Assembly: GCA_964016885.1 (NCBI GenBank)
Contig: OZ024749.1
Span: 48,856,001 to 48,920,000 of the forward strand
DNA length: 64,000 bases
Origin: Eledone cirrhosa
Lineage: Eukaryota
Direction of reading: 5' to 3'
Shown: one piece after another, positions 27,417 to 41,439 of the stretch
Position numbering within the stretch: the first letter of the stretch is position 1
How the letters are laid out: the number at the start of each line of letters is the position of its first letter
Notes under the pieces: generated by a model
Told to the model about the DNA's origin: nothing
The model's input: only the letters and a program-made list of their open reading frames with translations
The model's database searches: none
Translations under genes and position numbers: made by a program

Positions 27417-27572
27417 GGAACAAGTAAGACCCCGACGGCTGAGCTCAAGCGTTTCGACGGTTTGAGCTCAGCCGTCGGGGTCTTACATATTCCTATTACC
27501 CACTCTACTACCCTAAGTATTGAGTACTTTGGTGCGTTATGGTCCACCTGGTTCCTTACCACATTTCCTTCG

Positions 27573-27575
<3 letters not shown>
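27417..27575 (+). mobile_element. Family C element: GC-rich fold-back of a hammerhead 3' half plus tail
   Basis: Hairpin gtaagaccccgacggctgagctcaa..ttgagctcagccgtcggggtcttac; minus arm reads GAAA-cgc..gccg-TC-ggggtc; tail shared with 5862, 43830 and (last part) 52725. Confidence 0.7.
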
Positions 27576-27631
<56 letters not shown>

Positions 27632-27636
<5 letters not shown>

Positions 27637-27724
27637 TAAAATAATAGATTTAAGTTTAAGCAAAGAATCGCTGCTTTCACCCTTAACGGGATCTTCTGAT
27701 TTTAGTCTTCAAATTTATTATTAT

Positions 27725-27730
<6 letters not shown>
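27632..27730. mobile_element. Short (TA)n-embedded repeat, family I
   Basis: aagtttaagcaaagaatcgctgctttcacccttaacgggat and gattttagtctt.a.atttatt are shared with 39570-39620, 58735-58857 (inverted) and 59975-60036. Confidence 0.65.
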
Positions 27731-27802
<72 letters not shown>

Positions 27803-28130
27803 ATATATAGTTTTATGTGAAAATTGTGTGTGTGCACATGTAAGGTTGGGTGATTCAGAATGTGTTGTGTGCATGTATGCATAGACATGTAAATATGGGC
27901 GCAGATATGCATGTTTGAGGTACTTTCTATGAGGGTTATACGTCTCTGAATATCTAACTGTGCATGCATATATATATTTGTAGCTCTGATTTTACAGTGG
28001 GGACGCGTGTATGTTTGTGTGACTTAATGCTTGCCTCAGAATACGTTTGTATTTATTCCAAATACATAGAACGTTTGTTTAATGAATATGTATGTTCATG
28101 GAATAAGAGGTTGATGTGTTCACAAAGTAA

Positions 28131-28303
28131 TTGTTTCTACTTTAGGCACAAGGCCAGCAATTACCCAGTGCATTACTGGAACTTTATTTTATCGACCCCG
28201 TAAGGATGAAAGGCAAAGTCAACCTCGGCGGGATTTGAACTCAGATCATAAAGGGACGTAACTATGCTGGAAAGCATGGCGTCCGACCCTCTACCGATAC
28301 TGC
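28131..28303 (-). mobile_element. tRNA-derived SINE family 1
   Basis: Near-consensus copy; apparent TSD caaagtaat. Confidence 0.9.
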
Positions 28304-28557
28304 CAAAGTAATGATCATGCATAAGGGATCGGATGGTCTCTTATTTAGAGAACTGGCCACTATGTAAGTTAGCTTATCCATACATTTATGTCTGAGACTA
28401 TTTGTTTTCTTCAAATGTGCGAATGAATGTGTACGTGTGTACGTCTCTCGATGCACGTGTGAGGCAGAATGTAACGTGGCTTGGTTTCTATGGAAGTATA
28501 AACACATGTACGTTTGTCGCTCGTTTGGACCCTATCCTCTCTCATTCTCACCCCTCC

Positions 28558-28588
<31 letters not shown>

Positions 28589-29163
28589 CATACATATATA
28601 CATACATACACACACACACACATATATATATATATCGTATTGCCTCTCTGTTTTGTTCCCGTTCCATTTTTCACTATATATATATATATACACACACAGA
28701 CATACGAGTGTGTGCGTACATACTTGCGAACATACATACATGCATACATACATACATCTATATATAAATATATATATAATAGCCATCTATCTGGGGTGCG
28801 TATGTGTAAGTATGTATATCTTCGTAAAATTTATACAGCGCGATTTATTCATTGTTTGTAATTATTTTCGGAATGAAAATGATATGAAAATGGATGCTTT
28901 AATGGGTGAAGATCAAATCTAGTAGATTTATCATTGAAGCCTTGGTGAAATTAATCTATTAATTATATGAACCTTTCAATGATGAATGGTAAAGTCAAAC
29001 ACTTTTAAAGTAAAGACATTCAAGGAATCACTACGAGGTTTCTGAATTTTGATTGTATATTTTACATTCCTTTTCCTTACAGGAATCATTTATTTGGGTC
29101 TGGCCCAGCTGGGGCGCTAAATTCAACGTATTATTGTTCAATTATGTATTATATGTGTAATAA

Positions 29164-29345
29164 TTGTTTCTACTTTTTTGGCACAAGGCCAGCAATTATC
29201 CAGTACATTACTGGTACTTTATTTTATCGACCCCGTAAGGATGAAAGGCAAAATTAACCTCGACGGAATTTGAACTCAGACCGTAAAGGGACGTAACTAT
29301 GCTGGAAAGCATGGCGTCCGACCCTCTACCGATACTGCCAATTCA
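29164..29345 (-). mobile_element. tRNA-derived SINE family 1
   Basis: Near-consensus copy; apparent TSD tgtaataat. Confidence 0.9.
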
Positions 29346-30090
29346 ATGTAATAATAGCTTTGGATAAGTTGAGGGGATTAGGAATTTTGAATGTTTGGTA
29401 CATTATTGTTAAGAGTTACAAAGCAAGATTTTAACCGAAAATTAGTTGAACAAGTTGATACATGTATATTAGAAAATATCGGGTGCCGACGGCTGAGCTT
29501 TTGCTGTTTCAAATGTCTGGAACTAGTGCATATATATATATATATATATGAGAGTGCAAATTGGTGTGTGTGTGGTTGTTTGTCCTACGTATTCGTTTTT
29601 CTTTTATTTTACTCCGTAACTTTGCCAGATATTGTTCTAAGACTGCCGGCTCCTTCTTACAACGTAGTATAGTGCCAACTCTCTCTATCACTTTCCCTCC
29701 CTCCCCCCTCTCTCTCTCTCTCATATATTACACCGAAACTCTTTTTACATTTCCCTACTTACAGCCTGACAACATTTCTGCATCGTATCACTCCGTTGAA
29801 TGTCACATGTTACCACAACTATCTATCGTACTCTGTTGACTAATACGTATCTTCCCGACGGCTTGTGCTAAAGCGTTGCGCCACGAATGCTCAGTAGTAT
29901 GCAATATAACTTATGCACGAAATTGCAAATCAAGATGTTGGGTGAAAAGTAAAACAGACACTCTTGTCTACTCGTCCCAAGTATTTGTATTTTTTTTTTT
30001 ATGGAAGCTATTTATACATATATATATATAAATAGATATCTATTGGTGTTTAAGCGCACACACGCACACACTCACACAGACAAACACACA

Positions 30091-30175
<85 letters not shown>

Positions 30176-30510
30176 TTGCCTATCTCTGCGTGTCTCTGGC
30201 ACTGCATCTGTTTGTGCGTGAGTGTAGGAGACTTTCTGTCAGTATACTCTCCTACATTCACTTTGCTGTATAATGATATAATGATGTAATATACTATTTC
30301 CTAAGCAAGCTCGCTGTTTAAGATCTGCTGCAGTAAATACAAAGAAGTTTCTTACGTTATTCATATTCCCCCGACACAACACGGAGATGGTGAAAATGTT
30401 TCTAAGGGAATCGAAAACGAGATTTCAATGCAACTCAGGCAGAACTTACACCCACTCAACTGATCTTGCTGCCTGCCTTCTTGACGCCACTGAAATGGTA
30501 TACATAATAC

Positions 30511-30557
<47 letters not shown>

Positions 30558-30707
30558 CTTACTCGCACACACATATACACACACGCACACAAACACATGC
30601 ACACGCATAATTGCAATCACACACACATACACATACATTGAAACACGCAAGTTTATATGTATGTGTGCAGTAGCAAATACACACACAGACACACTAACAT
30701 GCAAAGT

Positions 30708-30753
<46 letters not shown>

Positions 30754-30790
30754 GTATGTGTCTATGTGTCAGTGTGTAGTAGTAGTAGTG

Positions 30791-30835
<45 letters not shown>

Positions 30836-31492
30836 ATATTAGTGGTAGTAGTAGTAGTAGCGGTAGGGGTAAGGATGAGGATGAGGAGGAGTTGTAGTTT
30901 TTACTGTTTTAGAGTACCCGTTTGACTGTTCTTTCTAGCAAGTATACAATGTTGATTGGTATGTGTTCGTTAACACCGTACTGTCTCTGTTGTTGCTGTT
31001 ATTTAAGCCCAGGTTAACAACCTCTTGTCAAGGTGTTTGTCCTGTGGTACGTGTGTGGAGTTACGATTATAATGTGGTGGGATCGCTTCCTCGACTTGGT
31101 TCTGTATTGTGTTCCTGAGCAATACACTTCATTTAACATTGATCCAGTCTACTCATTTGAAACACAGAACGAGCAGTAACTAGGGGTTTGACCCTGCAAT
31201 AGACTGGACCTGTGTGAAATGGAGGAGTCTTGTTCTCTCGGTCTCTGGACGACGAGTAAACCGGGAAATGTTCCGGCCTGATGAATCTCCCGACTTGCGA
31301 CAGACTTAACAACAACTTGCTGAAACTGACCGAATGATTTCTCGTTATTATCTCTCAATCTTTATATCAGGCATAGCATATCATATCCTATGCATCTCTT
31401 TTTAACATTTTGAGAGGTAGTTTGCGGTAGATTTGGTTGTTTTATCTAGCAGTAGTGGCTATGATGTGTTTGATTATATTATTATCTCATTC

Positions 31493-31677
31493 GCGGTGGA
31501 TTGGCAGTATCGGTAGAGGGTCAGACACCATGATTTCTAGCATAGAGTTATGTCCCTTTAGGATCTGAGTTCAAATCCTGCCGAGGTTAACTTTGCTTTT
31601 TATCTTTATGGGGTCGATAAAATAAAGTACCAGTAATGCACTGGGATAATCGGTGGCCTTGTGTAGAAACAATTATC
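31493..31677 (+). mobile_element. tRNA-derived SINE family 1
   Basis: Near-consensus copy; apparent TSD atctcattc. Confidence 0.88.
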
Positions 31678-31851
31678 ATCTCATTCATGACTGGAATCAG
31701 GCTAATGCTATATGCTCAAATGTTCATACTCATTTCATCTATCTATCTATGATTAGCAACATCTCTCTATTTATATCTATCTATCCATCTTTATATAAGT
31801 ATCTATCTTTATATTTTAATCTATCCATACATTTTTTCAATCTATCTGACA

Positions 31852-31914
<63 letters not shown>

Positions 31915-31920
31915 CCTTTA

Positions 31921-31975
<55 letters not shown>

Positions 31976-32977
31976 GTCTATACATTTGTCGATCTTTCTC
32001 TATTTCTAGTTAGCTTTGTTCTATAACCTCGAACTACTGAAATCTGTTTCTATAACACACTGAAGTGTAAAACATCACCTTACCTAACCAACATATTAAA
32101 CCCCTTTGAGGTTTGCTGACATCCTTAACAACCAGGGTTTTGATAAAGACTGAGTTAAAGGATATTTGTATTTGCTTTTTCCTTTATTATTATAGCATAA
32201 ATCAGATACAACCGTGAGATAAAACACGTACATGATTCGTTAAGCATCGGCATGATATTTCATCACTGACACATGTTAAATGTCTTCTTAATTTGAAGCG
32301 ACTTCATCTCTACCAGTTTGTAGAGCGTGAAGCATAAACAACGTTCTTGATGAGCTGAAATACTCTACATCAACAACATTTATCACCATACGGTATTCGA
32401 TACAGATCATGATAGAAGATTCAGGAAGATTTCATTTTTACATTATGATACATAGTTCGGATCGCTTCTACCTATATACGCCTTTTACTTTCATACTTAT
32501 TTCAGCCTTTTGATTGTGACCGTGATGGAGCATCACTCTGAATTAATGTTAGTCAATCATATCGATGCAAACATATGTTGGATATATTTTGTTTGATTTT
32601 CTGTTCAAATCTGTTACTTACTTATCGATCCCCAAAATAAAAGAGTAATCGTAAAAGCTGCCATTGACACAGAATCACAACACACGCACAAACACACAAA
32701 TATGTATGTGCGTGTACCTTCCTCTATGTGTGTGTGTGTATTTATTTATCTGGCCTGTTCAATTATATGTCCATAATCTAACACCAGAGCTAATAGACAA
32801 TAATCCAGAGGAAGTAATAAACTCACATGCGCTGGCCTGACATAAATAGCGCACATGATTCCTTCATAGCTAGAATCACCCAACTTTGAAAGTTAACGTC
32901 TGATAAAGAGAGAATAATAGTAGAAATACAGTTTTACATGTACACAAATATTAGTAGAATGTATTTAAACTTCATAT

Positions 32978-33135
32978 AATTGTTTCTACTTCTGGCACAA
33001 GGTCAGCACTTATCCTAGTGCATTACTGGTGCTTTATTTTATTCATCCTTATGGGGTCGATAAAATAAATCACCAGTAATGCACTTATATCAATGCTGGT
33101 ATCATTGCCTTGTGGTCCAAATTGTAAACCATTAT
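32978..33135. mobile_element. Fold-back pair of SINE family 1 3' halves
   Basis: agtgcattactggtgctttatttta and taaaataaatcaccagtaatgcact are inverted around the SINE body. Confidence 0.65.
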
Positions 33136-33567
33136 TTCTATACAAGCCTATCAATTCCAAATCTCTAATTATACCAACATGTGATGTATTCTAGGTGGTG
33201 TGTTACATAAGATACTGAACTCTGGTAAAAACCAGTACAATCAACAACAATATAATAAGTACAAATTGCACCAAATCTTCTCTAACCCCAGAGTCTCTTA
33301 GCGGAATGTGTCTTTTTTCCTTTTATTTTTTGATTTAGAACTATTCAGGAATTGGAGTATATCTGCTTAATATCTAATTAGGTGTAAATCCAGATACTGC
33401 TGCTGCCGGACATGTAATGTCTAACATATTTTTACAGAAGTCACACCGCCCACCTCTATGTTCTTCAGAATGAAGTAAATTATATATCGGTACAAGACGT
33501 TAAAAGGTAATACTGCTTGCACATAACCAAACACGTGTAAAACAGGTATAAAGTTCATGTGAGTAAA

Positions 33568-34172
33568 ATAATTGTTTCTATTTTTGGCACAATGCCAGCA
33601 ATTATCCCAGTGCATTACTGGTACTTTATTTTATCGACCCCGTAAAGATGAAAGGCAAAGTTAACCAGGCGGGATTTGAACTCAGACCATAAAGGGCCGT
33701 AACTCTTTGCTACAAAGCATGGCGTCCGACCCTGTACTGATACTGCCAATCCAAAAATAATGTTTTTTATATATGCACAAGGCCAGCAATTTTTTTTTGG
33801 GGGGGGGGGGGAGTCGATTAAATGGAACCCAGGGCATTACTGGTACTTTATTTTATCGACCTCGTAAGGATGAAAGGCAAAGTTAACCTCAGCGGGATTT
33901 GAACTCGGACCGTAAATGGCTGTATCTCTATGTTGCAAAGCATGGCGTCCGACGATCTACCGATACTGCCAATGCAGAGTCAAATAATTGTTTCTACTTT
34001 CGGCACAAGGCCAGTAAATAACCAGTATATTACTGGTACTTTATTTTATCGACCCCGTAAGGATGAAAGGCAAAGTTAACCTCGGCGGGATTTGAATTCA
34101 GAATGGCAAGGGCCGTAACTCTATGCGTCAAAGCATGGCGTACGATCCTCTACCGATACTGCCAATCCACCG
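33568..34172 (-). mobile_element. Three tandem family 1 SINEs
   Basis: Copies at about 33568-33752, 33760-33973 and 33989-34171; the third has TSD aatgcagagt(c/a)aaataat. Confidence 0.9.
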
Positions 34173-34819
34173 AATGCAGAGTAAAATAATGCTCGTAAAT
34201 CTTCAGCTCACAATATTTTACCTTTTTTCTATAAGATATGTTTTCTGTTTGAAACATCTGTAAGACAAATAACTTTTGTTCGTCTTATTGGTTCGATAAA
34301 ATGAAATACCAGTAATACACTGGAGTCGTTGTAATCAACTTTCCCTTCCCCCAACATTGTTGGTATTTTGCCTAAACCAGAAATCTTTCTGATTTGTTAG
34401 TTAATTAGTTGTTTAAGTAAAACTAAAATGTGTGTATTCGTCTATGCTCGTGTTGGTGTGTACACGTAAGCGTTTGGATGGCAATGGTGGGTGTATGATG
34501 GTGGTGTTGAAAGTAATGCATGTAAGTTGGGATGAGAGTGGTCTGTTAGTATAATTGATTAGTTAATTAGTAGCGTTAGTCGAATTAAATTTCCATCATG
34601 GTCATGGTGGAAAAATAAATTAATTAGTTGCATTAGTGTGTGTGTGTATATAAGTGTATTTGTATCTATATGTGTCAGTGTGTGTTAGTGGATTTGTTGT
34701 TAAAATGGTAGTGCGTGTGTGTTGAGGGTATAGTGGATGGGAGACGAGTGCTGCGAAAGGGCAGGCTAAAGGAAGAGGGGTGGTGCGTTTAGGATGAGTC
34801 CACTATATATGTAATATAA

Positions 34820-34995
34820 AACTGGCTTCTACAGGACTATGCAATCATCAAGTGCATTCCCAGTGATTTAATATTAACGAACCTGTTCTAGTCCTGTAGA
34901 AATGATTTCTATATTAAATATTGATGTTTTCTGTCACTAAAGTATTGCGTACCTTATTTACTGAGGATTCCTCCAATCTAACTCGGGATCTATAT
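34820..34995 (+). mobile_element. Decayed family D element with short inverted arm
   Basis: cttctacaggacta..tagtcctgtagaa inversion; tail like 11650-11730. Confidence 0.55.
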
Positions 34996-35019
34996 CTTGT
35001 ACTCTCACTTGCTTCATGC

Positions 35020-35215
35020 CAAGTAACCGGGATAAGTATCGGCTAAACGTTCTTGTATGTTTAACATTCTCAGTTCAAATCCAACTGAGGAAATATTTGC
35101 CTTTCACCATTCCGGTTCAGATAAAATAAAATATCAGTATGGCACTGAGTCAAGTTACTCGACTTTCCACTTCTCTTCAAATTTCTTGTGCTAAAAGTAG
35201 AAACAATTATGATTA
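35020..35215 (+). mobile_element. Decayed family 1-like SINE
   Basis: gttcaaatcc..tttgcctttca..gataaaataaa..agtagaaacaatta. Confidence 0.6.
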
Positions 35216-35624
35216 TTGGAACTATCTTTTTCTTTTTTTTTTTAAAAGTCACTTGCCATGTTTCATATCTCACCTGTTTCCTTAATAATCCGTTAATCCC
35301 ACACGCTTTGATAATGTAAGTGGAGTCAGTACATTGAATTTCATTTAATCAGGTTATTTTTGCTCCTCAGAATTTACTAAGCACTTTTTTAATTTTTCTT
35401 CAATAAGAATTTCTTTCCTTTTTTTCTCTCTCCTTTTCTCCTTATCTATTCGCATCATTCCGCCCGTGTGCCTTTATCTAACACATTTTTTCTGTTATTA
35501 TTCGATTTAAATTATCTCAGAAAACTAACAGCGAATTAATAATGTACTATTAATAATCTCTCACGTTTTCCTCCGTCAGTTTCACATTATGTATGATGCT
35601 TCCTCTGTCTCTCTCTCTCTCATG

Positions 35625-35664
<40 letters not shown>

Positions 35665-35841
35665 ATGTATGGATGTTTGTATATATATATATATATATAT
35701 ATGACCAAAGATGAATATGGTTCATTGATTACATAATGAATATAGTTTTACAATAGATTAAAATCACTCTACAATGAGTTTTCTGGAGTTATTATTATTC
35801 AGAATGATAATACATGAAGACATTCACATAATCCGACTATA

Positions 35842-35907
35842 TGTTTTATTATATATATTTCGAAGGTACTGTGCTGTTTTTTCAGTACGTCCTCGTCAGA
35901 TAAAATA
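35842..35907 (-). ncRNA. Minimal type I hammerhead ribozyme, family J, intact core
   Basis: tattttat-CTGACGA-ggacgtactg..cagtaccttc-GAAA-TATATA-TA-ataaaaca. Confidence 0.82.
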
Positions 35908-35999
35908 CATGAATTGATGGATGTCATACCTCAACCTTGACTGCCAATACTGGAATTGAACTATCAAGACCGTTGTGGTATGTCATACATCAATTCATG

Positions 36000-36064
36000 T
36001 ATTTTATTTGACGAGGACGTACTGAAAAACAGCACAGTACCTTCGAAATATATATAATAAAACA
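36000..36064 (+). ncRNA. Hammerhead ribozyme, family J, C3U core variant
   Basis: tattttat-TTGACGA-ggacgtactg..cagtaccttc-GAAA-TATATA-TA-ataaaaca; loss of the C3-G8 pair probably impairs it. Confidence 0.65.
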
Positions 36065-36152
36065 TATATTCTGATTATGTGAATGTCTTCATGTATTATC
36101 ATTCTGAATAAAAAATATATATATAAACATACATATATATATATATATACAT

Positions 36153-36438
36153 ATAAGAACAAAAGATGGTTAAAAGAGTTCCATGTATTTTATTATGCGC
36201 ATTTCAAAAACAAATATCATTATGCAATAATATTTGTGTTTTCATCAGATAAAACAGGAAAACATGATATGAAGGTTAAAAAACACTTGTGGATAGTGCA
36301 GTTTTAAATCAACATATGAAAAGTAGTTTTAGATTGATGTGTGATATTGGGAAAATATTTATTTTGAACACACTGTAGAGAGCTTCTTATCCGATATCTG
36401 CATTGCTTTATAGTACTACATTAAAACTCACCTCCTAC

Positions 36439-36440
<2 letters not shown>
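36153..36440 (-). mobile_element. Family A element, about 290 bp, (TA)n on both sides
   Basis: Contains both termini seen at 4167-4355, the body seen at 283-482 and a full hammerhead. A stub of its 5' end occurs at 37555-37582. Confidence 0.75.
36186..36256 (-). ncRNA. Minimal type I hammerhead ribozyme, family A
   Basis: tgttttat-CTGATGA-aaacacaaatatt..gatatttgttttt-GAAA-TGCGCA-TA-ataaaata. Confidence 0.85.
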
Positions 36441-36524
<84 letters not shown>

Positions 36525-36739
36525 CAGGAGATTGAAGAAGATGGTAAGGGTATGTGCATGTGTACGTGTGTTCGTGTGCATGTTTTCTGTTCAATCAGTG
36601 TTTGTGAAGATACATGACGGATTTGTAAAATATTTTCCGGGATCTCGAGTTCATTGCTTCCATCGCAATCTTTGTCGTTTTGTGCAAGATCGTGTTGCAT
36701 GGATTGAAATAGTTACACATATATTTAGCCCATATATTT

Positions 36740-36814
<75 letters not shown>

Positions 36815-37249
36815 AACGCGTATGTATGTACATGAATACATGTGTGTATATATATATGTATGCATGTGTATATGTATGTAAGTATGAACATGTTACTATG
36901 TGAATGTGAGTATATGTATTTTGTAGAGGTGTGCAAATATATTTGTGTGTGAATGCGTGGGTGAAAGGATACGTACACTTGAAAGCAACATTTAAGTCTG
37001 AATGTTAATTAAGTGCAAACACAAAACCAACCCCGCATATCTTTACTATCTCTAATCCTTCTATAGATTTAGAAAATTAACCAATAATATATTCTATAAA
37101 AATGTCAAAACAACAGATGGCAATCTAATTACTCACTGCCACCAAAAATTCTCACTGCTATCAAAAAACCACTCCCTCAACCATTCTTCTAACAACTTCA
37201 CCCCTCCCTCCTAATATTTTCTATAAAAACCAAATAGGTCCTCAGTAAT

Positions 37250-37402
37250 ATTATTCTGATGAAATGACAGTAAATAATAACATTGAAATATTGAATGTCT
37301 GCATAACTAAAACTTTGTAGATAGCAGCTGTTTTCAGGTTATGTAACTGTTATAGAAACACGTGTCAATAAATTCCTTTCAACTAAACTGTATCCATTCA
37401 AA

Positions 37403-37405
<3 letters not shown>
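37250..37405 (+). mobile_element. Possible Penelope-like 3' end with imperfect hammerhead
   Basis: CTGATGA(37256-37262)-aatg..catt-GAAA(37285-37288); stems I and III ambiguous; AATAAA then (TA)n downstream. Confidence 0.35.
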
Positions 37406-37475
<70 letters not shown>

Positions 37476-37476
37476 T

Positions 37477-37527
<51 letters not shown>

Positions 37528-37620
37528 GTACATATATATATATATATATATATAATGTAGGAGGTGAGTTTTATTGTAGTATATATACATATATATATAT
37601 AATTAGCCCATATATTTGTT

Positions 37621-37723
<103 letters not shown>

Positions 37724-39623
37724 TATTTTGCATAAGATGCAAGATAGATTTTTTATAATTGCAGCTGGCCCGAGAGCTATATCTAAAACAAATCCGCGAA
37801 TTATCTTCTGTAATGATTTTTAATGGATTAGTCTTTAAATTCCCCACTGATTCTAACGTTAGCACCGTAAATGTCTTCGATATTAACCTCAACTATATAT
37901 CAGCCGGTAGAACGCTTATTGAAAAGCAAATAAATCTCGGTATTAAGAAAATGTCACCCTTAAAATGTTTAGTATTTTAAACATTGAACTAATTTTCAAT
38001 ATTTTTTGTAGCATTTACTTCTTAATCTGGCTTTCAATATTTATGATCTTACTGTACTGATACCTTTCGAAGTAGCAGACATATGGGAACAAATATTATC
38101 TAACGAACACAATCTCACTGAAAATGTCCTAGAGAATATTTATAGGGATATTCCACAACAAAAGGAAGAGATAATGACGCGAGTAGCTAAGTCAATACGT
38201 ATTTCCATATCACAGAGAATATATAACATATTCACATGCAATAGGATAGAAACCCCATACTCCATCAATCCCAGTTGCAGCTGATAAAGTTTTCAATACT
38301 CCGCTTCTTTGAAACATTCAAGAAACTATCTTGTTATGTGAATATTAGTTATATATTTTTGGGTTATTATTTCCCCCAAAATAGTTTTACTTCTCGTAAG
38401 GTTCTTTTCAATGTTGTTAGTTGTGGAATGTCTTACATTGTCGAAACGCTATGTGTTTAAAGATCAGATGAAAAGCACGTTAAAAGATCTAAGGAGATGA
38501 AAAACATCAATGTGAATCACTTCGGATCAAATAGGGATCGAAACGGAACTTTATACATAGCCATATAAAGTAAGTTTTCACAAAACGGATGTACAGCGAA
38601 ACAATCGGTAAATTTACAAGAGCAATATATAAAAGTTGATGCGGAAAATTCTTCAAATAGTAAGAACGTCAAAGAGAATGCATTGAAATAGCTGTAACCG
38701 AACATCGCAATCTAAATACTTACGTCGACAATATCTATACGTTTCATAATTCGTGATCAATATATAAAGAACATTCATGTACTAAGAATGATTCTCCTTT
38801 CTCTTCATTCCCACCTAATTCTGTGGGTTTCTGTCACTCCTCATCCATCGTTCTGTTTGTTTTACCCTAACACACACTAAGGGACACATACACTCTGAAT
38901 TGGCAATCGACGACATGATAATGTCTTGTAACATAAAATTAAAATATATCCATTGTATCCTTCCACGAATTTCATGACAAGCACACAGTGTTATCCAAGA
39001 TAATTTGAAGTAATCGTTAGTTTTAATAGTTGAATAATGAATGAAGGGAATAAGCAGATACGTAAATAAAATTAGCCAAATAGCTGAACAGTATATATTG
39101 TAATGGGTATAGAATAACACATATTTGCAATACTATTCTCTTTGTCTCGATATATTTGAGTTCGAACATTACATTTTTAACAAACATTGACTATTGACCG
39201 AATTCGAATATATAATCGAAATCGTTAATATTTATGAAGCAAGTTCTGTTGATACACTTTAGCCTAGATTAAATATGGAAAGAAATCAAAATCATATTTA
39301 AAATCTTTAACGTAATGAGAGAACGCGTAAGGATTTAAACAAGCTTAACTCAGGAACAAACTAAAAAGCCACAATCGCGATGTTTAACACAATAAATTAT
39401 GTTAGTTTTTAAATATATTTATGCATGGAAGAGGATCTTAGAAGATCGATATAACATTCTTAAAGTAGAGTGGCTCCATATTTGAAATTACTTTTGTAGA
39501 ACAGATTTATATACACTCACATATATACACTCATATATATACACATGTTCTCTCTCCCTGTGTATATATAATCCTTATCGGGCCCTCTTCGGATTTTAGT
39601 CTTTACATTTATTATTACTATAT

Positions 39624-39668
<45 letters not shown>

Positions 39669-41265
39669 CGTGTGTGAGTGTCGGTCTGTTTTTCTGTTTA
39701 GAGCCGGCTTTAAATATATGCATATAAACGCTACTTCTAATAAAATCGATTACGTTTAGATCTAGGATATCCCAACTATGTGTATTACATGCTCTTCTTA
39801 GACATTATGGACCAAATACTACATTAACCAATAGCTATTTATTTTCCATAACGAGTAAGGGTGATTTGCAGTAAAATTCTTCTAATATTTCCTGCAAGAC
39901 GTCCGTCATGTTGTTTTCAACTCAATTCAATTATTTGTATTTGATTCTTGGAAATGGCAACCAAACGAGTTTCAAATATGCTCTCTACTTTAAAGAAGAA
40001 GAAGAAGAAGAAGAAGAAGAAGAAGAAGAAGAAGAAGAAGAAGAAGAAGGAGGAGGAAAAAAGAACAGGAAGCATCTGTGCCAACGTAAATTCATTGTTG
40101 ATTTTGTCTGGGTGGCATCATAATTTAATATCTCTTGGGAAACGAGTTCGCCATATTCCTAACAATGCCCGCCAAAGCAAAACATTTTACTGTTTTCTCT
40201 AAATACGCCTCATATATTAGTTAAAAAATATATAAATATATATACATTGTTTCCAGACAATCCATCTTCTGGATTAAGAAGTCAAAAGCAACTGAGAGGT
40301 GTCAACTTTTCTCAAATATTTCGTCTGCTGAGATTTCTTCCGATTTGTGTGGTCTTTTATACAGTACGATATATATTTAACATTTTGTTCCTTATTGTTC
40401 ATTTCCTTTTTGTTGTTGTCTTTTGTTTTGATTACACTTAATGTATTATTTACATTTTACCATTTGCTAGACATTGTGACTTCAGAAATATTTTCCAAAT
40501 AATGAAAATTGTGGTTAGGTTTTCGTAACATTTTGCCACATTTCAATGGAATGTGAAAGCATTGTGTGGCGCCTAAGGACCATATTCTGTGCACTTCATT
40601 CTACTTCAATGATATTTGCTGTTTTCCTTTCTCATTACATATCTATTTTATTCCTTCAGACTCATGTATTCTGCTTGTTTCTACTTCTTCCCTTCTCTCT
40701 CAATTTCTCAGTTCTATTTTCTGACTCCATTCTTTAAAGAAAAACAAAGTGCCTAGTAACATCGTATTAACATGTTTTATGTTTGTATGCAAGAATGAAT
40801 GAAAGTATATATATATATATACTCATACACATTTATATATATCTGAATATATATATATATATATAATCACACACACATATATATATATAAATATAAATAT
40901 ATACGTGAACATACGCAACTTAATTTTCTCTCTCTCACTATTATCCATAGAAAGATATGTGCGTATGATATTGTGTGTCAATATGTATGCATGTAGGGAG
41001 TGATGTTTGTATATAAATGTAATTGTAATACTTGTAGGTATTTTAATACCAACATCTCAAAACATTGGAATCCACTAATGGAATATTCCAGTATATTTGG
41101 ATCTAAGAATGCTCTGAGCATCGACTATACTCGCCAGAACAATAAAGGAAAATAACAGAACTCACATTTATATGTAAACCACACGTGCCCGCATACGCAC
41201 ACATATCCACACATGTGAAGTGAAAGCGCGGTCCATTTATATATATATATATGTATGTGTGTGTG

Positions 41266-41348
<83 letters not shown>

Positions 41349-41439
41349 ATAATACTGAAAAGAAAACATCGGACATGACAAATATATATATATACATACA
41401 CACACATATATATATATTTATATATATATATATATAAAT

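Larger units (their letters stand above)
35795..36111. repeat. Fold-back element (about 135-bp arms, about 46-bp spacer), family J
   Basis: 35795-35930 is the reverse complement of 35977-36111; each arm has a hammerhead. Confidence 0.9.
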
